From Rhodospirillales bacterium (GTDB taxonomy: Bacteria > Pseudomonadota > Alphaproteobacteria > Bin95), in the NCBI GenBank assembly GCA_038143065.1, contig JAYQLI010000035.1, positions 1,792,894 through 1,856,893 on the forward strand: a stretch of 64,000 nucleotides of DNA, read 5' to 3'. Below are positions 21,503 through 31,041 of the stretch, one piece after another. The notes beneath the pieces were generated by a model, which was given only the letters and a program-made list of their open reading frames with translations, had not been told where the DNA came from and searched no databases. The translations under genes and the position numbers were made by a program. Positions within the stretch are counted from its first letter, which is position 1, and the number at the start of each line of letters is the position of its first letter.

Positions 21503-22666
21503 ATGACTGTGTTCGCAGAAGAAGAACGGATGTTACTGGATCTTGTCGACAAATTTGTTGACAACGAACTGATGCCTTTGGAGAAGGCCGTGATGGCTCG
21601 CGAAGCTCAAGGAGGCGAGGTTGCACTTTTGCCAGAGGAGGCAGAGCCACTACTCGCTAAATGCAAAGAGCTTGGCCTTTGGGCTTTGGACGCCCCTGAG
21701 GAAGTTGGTGGATCAAATATCCGCACCTCTGTGATGCTTGCTATACAAGAAAAGCTGAAAAGTACTGTTACGCCTTTCATATTTCCACCAGACAGCCCAA
21801 ATCTCCACATGCTGATGGCTGTGGGTTCACCTCAACAGAAAAAGCAATACATGGAGCCGTATGCTCAGGGGAAACTGAAGTCCAATATTGCAATCTCTGA
21901 ACCCGGTGCTGGGGGTGATCCTGCACACATGAAAACTCGAGCCATCAAAGACGGCGATGACTGGATTATAAACGGTCGAAAAATTTGGGTCTCAGGAGTA
22001 TCAAGAGCCGATTTTTTAATAGTGATGGCCTCAACCGATCCTTCAAAAGGCGCTCGGGGAGGTATAACCGCGTTTATAATGGACACTGATACGCCAGGTT
22101 TCTCTATTGAAAGAGAAATTCCCATGCTTGCTGGTGCTAGAACATACGAACTCGTGTTTGACGATGTTCGATTGCCAGACTCCGCAATTCTCGGCGAGGT
22201 TGGCAGTGGGTTTGCCCCGATGCAGAAACGCCTAAATGTTCGACGTCTTGAAATGGGCGCGATGGGGGTAGGCATGGCAGAGCGTGCTCTGAAAATGATG
22301 TGTGAGCACGTTCAGCAGCGTGAGACTTTTGGGCAAAAGCTTTCAGACCGACAGGCCATTCAGTGGTGGATTGCTGATGCAGCCACTAAAATACATGCTA
22401 CTCGCCTAATGGTTATGGATGCAGCAGCCAAGCAGGAAGCTGGTAAGGATGTTCGTACAGAAGCTTCGATGATTAAGATCTACGCTACTGAGATGGCTAC
22501 CGAAGTGGTAGATAATGCCATGCAAAGCTTTGGAGCCATGGGTATGACCCGTGAACTTCCATTTGCCATTATGTCTCAAAGGCTACGTCTATCTCGGATT
22601 TACGAAGGGCCAACCGAGGTGCACAGGATGGCCATTGCTCGGCGAATGTTAAAAAAATACCAGTGA
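21503..22666 (+). CDS. Acyl-CoA dehydrogenase
   Basis: ISEPGAGGD, NGRKIW, RETFGQ, RIYEGPTEVH. Confidence 0.92.
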   Translation: MTVFAEEERMLLDLVDKFVDNELMPLEKAVMAREAQGGEVALLPEEAEPLLAKCKELGLWALDAPEEVGGSNIRTSVMLAIQEKLKSTVTPFIFPPDSPNLHMLMAVGSPQQKKQYMEPYAQGKLKSNIAISEPGAGGDPAHMKTRAIKDGDDWIINGRKIWVSGVSRADFLIVMASTDPSKGARGGITAFIMDTDTPGFSIEREIPMLAGARTYELVFDDVRLPDSAILGEVGSGFAPMQKRLNVRRLEMGAMGVGMAERALKMMCEHVQQRETFGQKLSDRQAIQWWIADAATKIHATRLMVMDAAAKQEAGKDVRTEASMIKIYATEMATEVVDNAMQSFGAMGMTRELPFAIMSQRLRLSRIYEGPTEVHRMAIARRMLKKYQ

Positions 22667-22732
22667 CGATCGAGCTAATTCAGTAGACAGCAAGAATTGG
22701 TAGCTTTCTGATCTGGATGTAGTGAGAGCACA

Positions 22733-22759
22733 GGCGCTCTGCAAGCTTGCAGGCGCGCC
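22733..22759. repeat. Near-perfect palindrome between convergent genes
   Basis: GGCGCTCTGCAAGCTTGCAGGCGCGCC; the core CTGCAAGCTTGCAG is a perfect 14-bp palindrome. Confidence 0.55.
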
Positions 22760-22794
22760 CGCTCCCACTCTTTGAGTGTTTCAAATTCCGAAGA

Positions 22795-23196
22795 TCAAAT
22801 ACCCATCTCGTCGAAAACTTCCTTTGCAGTCTTAAAGGCACTAACGGCGGAAGGAGCGCCAGCATAAACAGCAGCCTGTAAAAAAACTTCAGCAATTTCT
22901 TCTTTCGAGCAACCATTGTTTATAGCTCCTCGAGTGTGCAGTCTGAGCTCTCCCTCACGGCCAAGCGCAGCAAGCATCGCCAGATTCAACATACTGCGAG
23001 TTTTCCGATCTAACCCTTCACGCAACCAGACGGTTCCCCAGGCTGTCTCTGTAACAAACTGTTGCAAAGTGCGGGTAAAATCATCCTTCGCGCCATTCTC
23101 CACTGATTTTCCTACATACTCTGAACCAAGAACTTCTTCTCTAACCTTTAATCCAGCAAGAAAAGCCTCATTGGCGTTGTATTTTGATGTATCCAT
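22795..23196 (-). CDS. Carboxymuconolactone decarboxylase family protein
   Basis: GLKVREEVLG, AWGTVW.R.GLD.KTRS, LQAAVYAGAP. Confidence 0.9.
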   Translation of the reverse strand: MDTSKYNANEAFLAGLKVREEVLGSEYVGKSVENGAKDDFTRTLQQFVTETAWGTVWLREGLDRKTRSMLNLAMLAALGREGELRLHTRGAINNGCSKEEIAEVFLQAAVYAGAPSAVSAFKTAKEVFDEMGI

Positions 23197-23291
23197 AAAA
23201 AAACTCCTATCTGGGATTGAAACTAGTTGAAATAAAAACTGCAGCAGAAGAATTACGGACTATTTTGGTCGCCTCTAAAGCATTTTTAATT

Positions 23292-24212
23292 TCAGATTAA
23301 ACCCAATCGCTGGCGAAGGTCGTCTCCATCTTCCACAAGGCTCTGAATCGCTTGACGAAGCTCATCCGATATCTTTTCAGGAAGCTTCACTGACAAATGT
23401 ACAAATTGATCACCGCGCTCTTTAGTATCACTACCCTTAGGGATCCCCCTACCTTTTAGCCGAAGCACTGCGCCAGATTGGGCACCTTCAGGAACTGTAA
23501 GCATTACCGGGCCATCAATAGTTGGTGCCGAAACCCGGGCACCCAAAGTTGCTTCTTTCAATGTTATTGGCAACTCTATTTTGATATCTGAGCCTTCACG
23601 ACGAAAAAATTTATGAGGCATTACAGTAATTTCAACTATGGCATCGCCAGCCTTGTTATTACCCGTACCGACCTGGCCAAGCCCACTTAGCCGTAATGCT
23701 TGACCAGTTTCAGTGCCCGCTGGGACACGAACATCGACCGTGCGCCCAGTTGGCAAGCTTACTCTTTTGGATGAACCCCTGGCCGCTTCAAGAAAGGTTA
23801 CCCGCAAGGAAACGCGAATATCTCTGTTGCGTGGTGTTTCCCTTTGACGACGCCCCCCAAAATTTTCAAAAAGCTCACTAAACAGGTCATCCGTAGCAAA
23901 GCGCCTATTTCCAGTTTGGCTAAAACCACCTGCTCCAGGATGACCCCTCTGTCCAAAGCCTCCGCCGAAGGTTGAGGATCGAAAAGTATCCTTCCCATCA
24001 GAATCAATTTCACCAGCATCAAAACGTCTGCGCTTTGAGGGGTCTGATAAAAGATCGTATGCTGCGTTCGCTTCTTTAAACCGACGCTCAGCATTAGCGT
24101 CACCAGGGTTGGCATCAGGATGAAGGCGTTTCGCAACTTTTCGGAAGGCTGATTTAATCTCTGACTGGCTGGCGTCTTTTTCCAAACCAAGGATGGCATA
24201 AGGGTCAGGCAT
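23292..24212 (-). CDS. Class II DnaJ protein (CbpA-like)
   Basis: J-domain with HPD, G/F-rich region, DnaJ_C domain, no zinc finger. Confidence 0.9.
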   Translation of the reverse strand: MPDPYAILGLEKDASQSEIKSAFRKVAKRLHPDANPGDANAERRFKEANAAYDLLSDPSKRRRFDAGEIDSDGKDTFRSSTFGGGFGQRGHPGAGGFSQTGNRRFATDDLFSELFENFGGRRQRETPRNRDIRVSLRVTFLEAARGSSKRVSLPTGRTVDVRVPAGTETGQALRLSGLGQVGTGNNKAGDAIVEITVMPHKFFRREGSDIKIELPITLKEATLGARVSAPTIDGPVMLTVPEGAQSGAVLRLKGRGIPKGSDTKERGDQFVHLSVKLPEKISDELRQAIQSLVEDGDDLRQRLGLI

Positions 24213-24221
24213 ATTCCAAGC

Positions 24222-24731
24222 TCACGCGTCTAAAACTTCCCAATCTCCATTGGCTTTGCGACAAGCAATTCGATTGGCCTGTCGAGGCTCCTTCCCCTCA
24301 GGAGAGATGGCCACTTTTATATTGCGACATTGTTTTTCCGAAGTAGTGCCTACATTTTCCGCATAGGTAGGGCCAGGGGTAACTTTACCAGAAATTCCAG
24401 TATCCGGATTAGACCAGGAAGTAGTCTGGCCTGGTTCATTGTTCTCTAATGCTTCTTGAGTTGCGGCTTGAGCAATTATTTGATCCTCTCTTGAAAGATA
24501 TTCCCCAAGCTCGCCTCCCAGCCAGCTTCCCACCGATGCAAGACCTATAGTGGCCGCCGCTCGACCAACACCAGAGCCAATTTGTGATCCTAAAAAAATC
24601 CCAGCTGTAGCGCCAATAATTGAGCCAACTTCGCGACCGGTGGGCTCCCTCGAGCATCCTGCGAGGGTAACGCCTATCGCAGCAACTATAGCCAACTTTC
24701 GCAAAGAGATATCACTCAAATCTAAATCCAA
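24222..24731 (-). CDS. Glycine-zipper lipoprotein (RT0821/Lpp0805, 17-kDa surface antigen family)
   Basis: Lipobox LAGC, Gly-zipper, WSNPDTG, C..R / ACR...G.W. Confidence 0.85.
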   Translation of the reverse strand: MDLDLSDISLRKLAIVAAIGVTLAGCSREPTGREVGSIIGATAGIFLGSQIGSGVGRAAATIGLASVGSWLGGELGEYLSREDQIIAQAATQEALENNEPGQTTSWSNPDTGISGKVTPGPTYAENVGTTSEKQCRNIKVAISPEGKEPRQANRIACRKANGDWEVLDA

Positions 24732-24763
24732 TCATCTTAACGTCACCTGGGTACGCCAAATTA

Positions 24764-25444
24764 TCAAGAAATAACCGGCAGAGCCTCAACCCTGTAGGCA
24801 TGCTGTAGAGTGCGATCGTGAGCAGGATCAAAAAGGCGCATAGCAAAAGCCTCGCCGCCCTTGATCTCCCCAATTACTGGAATAGTACCCAAAAAAAGGA
24901 CGGTTCCTTCAGCCAATTCATCTGCTCCCGTGTAAAGTTTGATCATCTCTTCTGGGCGTCTGCAAGAACCGAGGACACCATCTTGATAGTCAACTGTTTC
25001 ACCAGCTTGCTCTTGTGCAGACTGCAAACAAATTTCATCCCAAACAGCCAAAACTTCATTAAGCCGCCAGGCTTGGGAAGAAATTGGCTTGCAACATAGC
25101 TGCTTGGATAAAGCGACCGACCAAGCTTCGGCCTTACGATCGGTGTGATCAGAGCCAACTGCAACCAAAGTACCTGTCGCAGTACCAATTAATACGGCCT
25201 CCACCTCTCCCGAACCACCATCACCGACGGTTTGGATGTATGGAGACTGTGTGAGAAGTTCCACGCCAACACGATAAAACAATGGTGTCGTCGATGGAGC
25301 TGGCACACCAATATCTGCTAATTCGTCAATATGATGTTGTACTGCAGCCTGGTCTCGGCCTGTCCAGCCCCCAATGACAACCTCTGTCACGTTGACCTCG
25401 ATTACAGTTTCATCACCGCTCAGCTCCTGAACATGGAAGCGCAT
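24764..25444 (-). CDS. DUF2848 family protein (FAH-like fold)
   Basis: GWTGRD..AVQHHIDELA..GVPAP, SGEVE, GSDHTDR, SKQLC.KP. Confidence 0.85.
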   Translation of the reverse strand: MRFHVQELSGDETVIEVNVTEVVIGGWTGRDQAAVQHHIDELADIGVPAPSTTPLFYRVGVELLTQSPYIQTVGDGGSGEVEAVLIGTATGTLVAVGSDHTDRKAEAWSVALSKQLCCKPISSQAWRLNEVLAVWDEICLQSAQEQAGETVDYQDGVLGSCRRPEEMIKLYTGADELAEGTVLFLGTIPVIGEIKGGEAFAMRLFDPAHDRTLQHAYRVEALPVIS

Positions 25445-25620
25445 AAGGCTCTCTCCTCCAATTTTTGGCAGCAGTTTTTTTGCAATAACAAGATATATGC
25501 AAGAAGTAGGTTGATCTACGTTGAATAAGCTAGAATTTGCTGTGACCAGTTCTAGCTGAGTGGATTTGTCTATTAAACTGCTTCCATAGCTGGCCGGCTT
25601 CAGCTAGTTAAGGGTTATGT

Positions 25621-25696
25621 GCGCCCGTAGCTCAGTGGATAGAGCGTTCGCCTCCGGAGCGAAAGGTCAGAGGTTCAGATCCTCTCGGGCGCGCCA
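25621..25696 (+). tRNA. tRNA-Arg(CCG)
   Basis: Cloverleaf: acceptor GCGCCCG/CGGGCGC, anticodon arm TTCGC-CTCCGGA-GCGAA, T-stem AGAGG/CCTCT, encoded CCA. Confidence 0.95.
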
Positions 25697-25752
25697 TATA
25701 CCGAAAATAACCGTCTAATTTGTAAAGCAATCGACGGCTTAGATTAATCCGA

Positions 25753-26232
25753 TCACTTGTTATCACTTGATTCAGAGCTGCTTGACTGCATTTTTTGATA
25801 CAAATCGCTGAAATCAATTGGATTGATTAATAAAGGCGGGAAACCCCCATCTCGCACTGCATCAGCTAAAATAGATCGAGCAAATGGGAAAAGCATACGA
25901 GGCCCTTCAATCATAACCAAAGGGCGGACATGTTCTTTCGCAACGCCTTCTGCAACCATGCAGACGCCTCCATAACTTACCTCGGCAACGAAGAATACAT
26001 CTTCATCCCGAGACGCCGTCGCCCTGACGTGCACCATCGCCTCGAAATACTGACCGCCAAGCTCTCTAACTTCCACATCCACATCCACACTAATTGCTGG
26101 TGGCGGATTTAAGTTAGTTAGGCTCTGCGGCGCATTGGGATTCTCGAAGGATAGATCCTTAAGGTATTGAACCGTTAAAGTGAGAGGCGCTGTCTCAGTG
26201 CTTAGGTCCGCTTTATTTTCTGTGTCAGCCAT
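25753..26232 (-). CDS. secB: Protein-export chaperone SecB
   Basis: QYLKDLSFENPNAP, LFPFAR, GGFPPLLINPIDF. Confidence 0.96.
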   Translation of the reverse strand: MADTENKADLSTETAPLTLTVQYLKDLSFENPNAPQSLTNLNPPPAISVDVDVEVRELGGQYFEAMVHVRATASRDEDVFFVAEVSYGGVCMVAEGVAKEHVRPLVMIEGPRMLFPFARSILADAVRDGGFPPLLINPIDFSDLYQKMQSSSSESSDNK

Positions 26233-26339
26233 TATGGCTGTCTCCCTTTATGTAAAGTCGACGAAATTCTGGCTTCATCCCGCAGAAGATTTTTATTTTG
26301 GAGCGGGAAACATAATTCCAACCTCAAACACAGGCCACC

Positions 26340-26906
26340 TTAGGTTGGTGGTTTTATGGTCGGGCGAGGATCATGTTTCACAAATTCACCGTTTTTCAGC
26401 AATTGTCCACTCATTACACGAATAGTGCCCCAATGGCACACTACTAGAGTTTCATTCCAATCGCTCTCGGCCGCCAGGCGCTTTCGAAATTCAGAAACTC
26501 GGGCAAATAAATTACTCTCAGGTTCATCGAGCCCTGAATTTTTTGGGTCTCCCGGGAATGCCCACCAGTTTGGTAATAAAGAAGAAAAATCTAGATTAGG
26601 CCAACGTGTGGCAAGGTCATTTGGGCTACTACCAATGTCGCAGGAAAAGCCAGCCAACTCGCGCACACAAGCATCCACTTGCACGTCTAAACCTAAACGA
26701 TCTGCAACTATTAAAGCGGTTTCAATAGCTCGAGTATATGGGCTAGTTATAATCCTTGAAATCGGCTTCAAAGCCAGCAAATTCGCTGCATTCGCTGCCT
26801 GTTCTCTGCCTACCTCAGTTAAAGCAGGGTCCGGAATGCCTGGGTCAAACCTATTTTTTCCAAAATGGAGATTAAATACTGTCTGCCCATGGCGAAGAAG
26901 GATCAT
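26340..26906 (-). CDS. Histidine phosphatase family protein
   Basis: LLRHGQ, SPYTRAIETA, VCHWG. Confidence 0.9.
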   Translation of the reverse strand: MILLRHGQTVFNLHFGKNRFDPGIPDPALTEVGREQAANAANLLALKPISRIITSPYTRAIETALIVADRLGLDVQVDACVRELAGFSCDIGSSPNDLATRWPNLDFSSLLPNWWAFPGDPKNSGLDEPESNLFARVSEFRKRLAAESDWNETLVVCHWGTIRVMSGQLLKNGEFVKHDPRPTIKPPT

Positions 26907-27370
26907 TGATCATCCAAATTTTTTTTGAGTTGATGACTGTTTCTGTCTGTTTCAGACCTTGGATCACTTTTTTCCGAAAAATCCCCTTCAATGATTATAT
27001 CTTCAAATTCATTACCGCGACGCCGCTGCCAAAATCTAACAAAAACATGAGCCCAAAGTAACCTAGTGGGACGGAATACCAAGGAGAGCCCGAGTGCGTC
27101 AGTAATAAACCCTGGAGTTAGTAAAAAAATAGCTCCTATAAATATTGCGGCCGCATCTACAAGTGCTAGTGCCGCGTTCGCAGAGTTAGCCGCAGCAAGC
27201 CGCTGCATTGCTGCACGTCCCTCTGCACGAGCTAGGGAGGCACCGACCCCAGCAGTCAAAATAATAAGAAAAATTGTAGGCCACAGCCCAATTGCTTCAC
27301 CGGCACTGATCAGAACAGCAATCTCAGCAATTGGAAACCCAACAAATAAAAGAAAGAAAATCCAAGGCAT
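26903..27370 (-). CDS. fxsA: FxsA family membrane protein
   Basis: PIAEI, LLTPGFITDALGL, IIEGDF; conserved position opposite tim44. Confidence 0.88.
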   Translation of the reverse strand: MPWIFFLLFVGFPIAEIAVLISAGEAIGLWPTIFLIILTAGVGASLARAEGRAAMQRLAAANSANAALALVDAAAIFIGAIFLLTPGFITDALGLSLVFRPTRLLWAHVFVRFWQRRRGNEFEDIIIEGDFSEKSDPRSETDRNSHQLKKNLDDQ

Positions 27371-27559
27371 GGTTGCTTTAACACTCTCCAACGCTATGGT
27401 GATTTTTAATTATAAAATTACTTGGGACTAGCGATTTACCACCGCAATACCCAAATATAAAAGCCTAAGTGACCTTAATGGTTTTGGGCATTCATTAATC
27501 TATTGCGGCAGATCTAACCGCAGGCGCCTTCGTACAGAAGGGCAAAGGGAGTACTTCGG

Positions 27560-28219
27560 ATGGGCAACAATGACGCCCTAATCGAAATAATAATCCTAGC
27601 AGTTGTGGCGGGATTTTTAATCCTTCGCTTAAGAAGCGTGCTGGGCAAGCGTCATGGGCACGAGCGACAAAGGTACGAAGAAAGCGAAAATTACTCACCC
27701 AAAACCAATAGCGAAGAAGGCAACAACGTCACTCCATTCCCTACGCGCGTTGATGCAAGCCCTCCATCAGCAGGGTCTGAGGCCATTAAAATTCACTCAC
27801 TTGATCCCAACTTTTCAGAGGACGAGTTCCTTGGAGGGGCACAAGAAGCGTTCCGGATGATTTTAGCCGCATATGGCGGATCGGATCGTGAAACATTACG
27901 CGCACTTGCAAGCGATGAAATTTATGAAGAACTTGATGAAGCTATAACCGGCAGAGAAGATCGTGGGGAAACACTCGACGCAACATTGATCGGCATTCAA
28001 TCAGCAAGCATCGATCAAGTGGAAACAGTTGGATCCATCGCACGCGTTACAGTTCGTTTCGAATCTGAACAGACTAACATTACTCGAAATTCCGAAGGGC
28101 AACCTATCGATGGCGCGCCTAATCAGGTTGAAAACATAATAGATCTTTGGACTTTTGAACGCGATATGTCTAATGACGACCCTAATTGGAAGCTAATCGA
28201 GACAGAAGCCGGCGAGTAG
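27560..28219 (+). CDS. Tim44/TimA family protein
   Basis: LRLRSVLGKR.G.E, FLGGA..AF, DLWTFER...PNWKL. Confidence 0.9.
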   Translation: MGNNDALIEIIILAVVAGFLILRLRSVLGKRHGHERQRYEESENYSPKTNSEEGNNVTPFPTRVDASPPSAGSEAIKIHSLDPNFSEDEFLGGAQEAFRMILAAYGGSDRETLRALASDEIYEELDEAITGREDRGETLDATLIGIQSASIDQVETVGSIARVTVRFESEQTNITRNSEGQPIDGAPNQVENIIDLWTFERDMSNDDPNWKLIETEAGE

Positions 28220-28220
28220 A

Positions 28221-29373
28221 ATGAGGCGCTATGCCTACCTGCTACTGTTAACGACCGTCTTGGCAAATTGTGGAGGCTCAGAAACGCTTCCCAAATTTCC
28301 CTCTGAAACCAATAACGATAAATTGGTCAGTACATCTTTTTCAAAATTACCTAACTGGCCTGAAGCAAATCTCTCTCCCGGGCTTTTTGCTTTCCAAAAA
28401 GCTTGTAAGCGCTTCTCACTTAAAAAAGCATCTTCAAAAGTATCAAAAGCCTGGCAAGAACTTGGTACGAATGGCGAATGGGCCTCCATCTGTAAACAGG
28501 CTCAGTCTGCTGACGCATCGAATGCGAAGGAATTCATTGAAAAGCACTTTCGTGTTTTTGAGGTAAAAAATCCGGCGAATGAGGGTTTGTTTACAGGTTA
28601 TTTCGAACCCGAATTTGAAGGCTCACGGCGTCAAAGCCAACGCTATCAACACCCTTTATACAAGCTGCCAGGTGATGTCATAACGGCCAATCTAGGGGAT
28701 TTTGAAAAGGCACTAGGAGATAAATTGATCTTCGGTCAATTAAAGGAAAAACCTTTAAGCCCTATTACAGCAGAGCTGAAATCGCTGATGGAGCGTTGCA
28801 AGGGAAGGGCCTAGAACTAGTCTGGTTAGCTGATCCAGTTGATAGCTTTTTTATAGAAATACAGGGTTCAGGGCGGATCAAGTTAGCGGAAGGCGGCTGG
28901 ATGCGTATCGGATACGCAGGAAAAAATGGAAGACCCTACAGAGCGATAGGTCGAGACCTTATTCAAATGGGAGAAATCCCTTCAGAAAAGATGTCAATGG
29001 CAGCTATTCGCACCTGGGTGAGCGCGAATTCAAGTCGCGCCCAGAGTGTCATGAATAAAAATCCCTCTTACATATTTTTTAAGGAACGACATGGCGACGG
29101 ACCAATCGGTGCTGCTGGAACAGCCCTAACACCTGGCTACAGTCTTGCGGTTGATCCATCTTTCACTCCTCTGGGAGGCTTGGTTTATCTGGATGCCGAG
29201 CATCCTGATAAAAGTCAGCCTCGGATCCAGCGACTTGTTGCTGCTGAAGATACAGGTAGTGCAATCAAAGGCGCTCAACGTGGCGATCTTTTTGGGGCAC
29301 TGGAAGTGCTGCTGGAAAAAATGCAGGTCACATGGCAAGTAAGGGGCGCTATTATCTTCTATCGCCAAAGTAA
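28221..29373 (+). CDS. mltA: Membrane-bound lytic murein transglycosylase A (frameshifts near 28745 and 29290)
   Basis: Lipobox LANC, FTGYFEP, IQGSG, NPSYIFF, AVD, DTGSAIKG..RGD; corrected C-terminus LFWGTG..AG ends at TAA 29373. Confidence 0.9.
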
Positions 29374-29391
29374 ATTTAATTGGAGCCCAAT

Positions 29392-30012
29392 ATGAAAATC
29401 TATGGCCGCGTCACATCTAGCAACGTCATGAAAGTCCTTTGGGCTGCGGATGAACTTGGACTCGATTATGACCGAATTGACGCCGGGATGAATTTTGGAG
29501 TTGTAGATTCTGAAGAATATCGCTCCATGAATCCTAACGGCAGGGTTCCTACTCTTGTCGACGGCGATTTAGTTCTTTGGGAATCAAACGTGATAGTAAG
29601 GTATCTGGCAGCCAAACACGGCAAAGGAACATTGTGGCCAGAAGAACTTTCTACTCGCGCAGACCTCGAACGATGGATGGACTGGCAACAAACTGTTCAA
29701 AACATAACCTTTACACCGGTATTTTGGGGTCTGGTCAGAACACCACCAAGTGATAGAGACCAATCTGCGATCGATGCAGCTGTTATTCAGTCAATTGCTG
29801 CGATGCAAATTCTGGAAACGCACCTTCAGGGCAGAAATTGGATTGGTGGAGACAAACTCACCATGGCAGACTTCCCAGTAGGCCCAAACATTCATCGCTT
29901 TTTTAATTTGCCTTTCGATCGTCCAGATCTCCCTAATTTGAAAAAGCTTTATGATCGGATGTGCGAACGGCCAGCTTACAGTAAAAATATCGCTTCCATC
30001 CCCATTTCTTAG
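29392..30012 (+). CDS. Glutathione S-transferase (GstB-like)
   Basis: GRVTSSNVMKVLW, NPNGRVP, WESNVIVRYL, WMDWQ. Confidence 0.92.
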   Translation: MKIYGRVTSSNVMKVLWAADELGLDYDRIDAGMNFGVVDSEEYRSMNPNGRVPTLVDGDLVLWESNVIVRYLAAKHGKGTLWPEELSTRADLERWMDWQQTVQNITFTPVFWGLVRTPPSDRDQSAIDAAVIQSIAAMQILETHLQGRNWIGGDKLTMADFPVGPNIHRFFNLPFDRPDLPNLKKLYDRMCERPAYSKNIASIPIS

Positions 30013-30040
30013 GGAACTGTCTGCACTGCAGGAGCAAACG

Positions 30041-30511
30041 ATGGCAGGTCCAGACATTCACGATCTTTACGAACGCCTATGGTATGCAGTTCAAAAGGAG
30101 CAAATTGAGCTGGAATTTGACTTGAAGCTTTTGAATAAGCCTGGCAGTCCAGTGTTTAGCGCTCGTGATGCAGTTTTACCCTGGGCTGCAACATTTTTGC
30201 TTGGAATTGTGGGATGGCGGTTAGGTGGTTGGATAGGTTCAGTGGTCGCCATTTTAGCAATGCTGATCCTTACCGCGACCACAATTAATTACTCAGTGAT
30301 GAAGCGACTACGCGAGCGCGCACAAGCGCACGCGCTAGCTGGATATCAAAGCTTTGAAGAATTGTGGAATGCGGGTGCAGTATCGCTTCGCATGGTTGGT
30401 AGCGAGAGTTCTGAATTCAAAGGCCCGAACCTCCAGTGGACAGCTTTTGCTGAAGGCCTGCCAAAAACTGAAGCTGAAAAATCAGAAGATAGAACGGGTC
30501 GAAAAAAATGA
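30041..30511 (+). CDS. Hypothetical membrane protein (two TM helices)
   Basis: GGAG RBS before ATG 30041; hydrophobic hairpin; fills the gap in the operon. Confidence 0.65.
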   Translation: MAGPDIHDLYERLWYAVQKEQIELEFDLKLLNKPGSPVFSARDAVLPWAATFLLGIVGWRLGGWIGSVVAILAMLILTATTINYSVMKRLRERAQAHALAGYQSFEELWNAGAVSLRMVGSESSEFKGPNLQWTAFAEGLPKTEAEKSEDRTGRKK

Positions 30512-31040
30512 TTGGCCGCGGTCGAAGGGATAGACGTGCATCAGATGCCGAACTTGAACTTTGGCAGAGAGCCGTTTCAGATGCCGTACCAATTACCAAA
30601 AACATTGCAGCTACTGCTCGGAAGCAACGGACAAATATCCATGTCTCCAATCAAACACCTAAAGAACCAGCCCTCCCATCAGCAGGTAGAGCAACTAAAA
30701 CACAGCCAATTGATAGAAATACACTAACCAGACTAAGGAAAGGTCGTATAGAAATTGAGGGAAGACTTGATCTACACGGCTTGAGCGCTTCGCAAGCTGA
30801 GCAAGCTCTGAAACGCTTTCTTCTCTCTAGTCATGCAATCGGGCGAAAAGCTGTTCTGGTAATAACAGGACGCGGCCTTAACCCAGATACTAATGGTCCT
30901 GGTATTTTGAAACGAGAAACACCTCTATGGCTGGATAAAATGCCGGAAATTGTTTCCTCATATGCCCAGGCAGACAGACGTCACGGGGAGAGGGTGCATT
31001 ATACGTGCGCCTCAGACGTAAAAGAGAGCGATTCCGATAA
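30508..31040 (+). CDS. Smr/MutS2 C-terminal domain protein (missing G near 30986)
   Basis: RLDLHGL, VITGRG; adding one G gives HGGEGALYVRLRRKRERFR ending at TAA 31038-31040. Confidence 0.9.
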
Positions 31041-31041
31041 A

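Noticed and set aside
25697-25752. Integrative element at tRNA-Arg
   Set aside because: secB follows within 56 bp; I saw no integrase and no duplicated tRNA 3' end.
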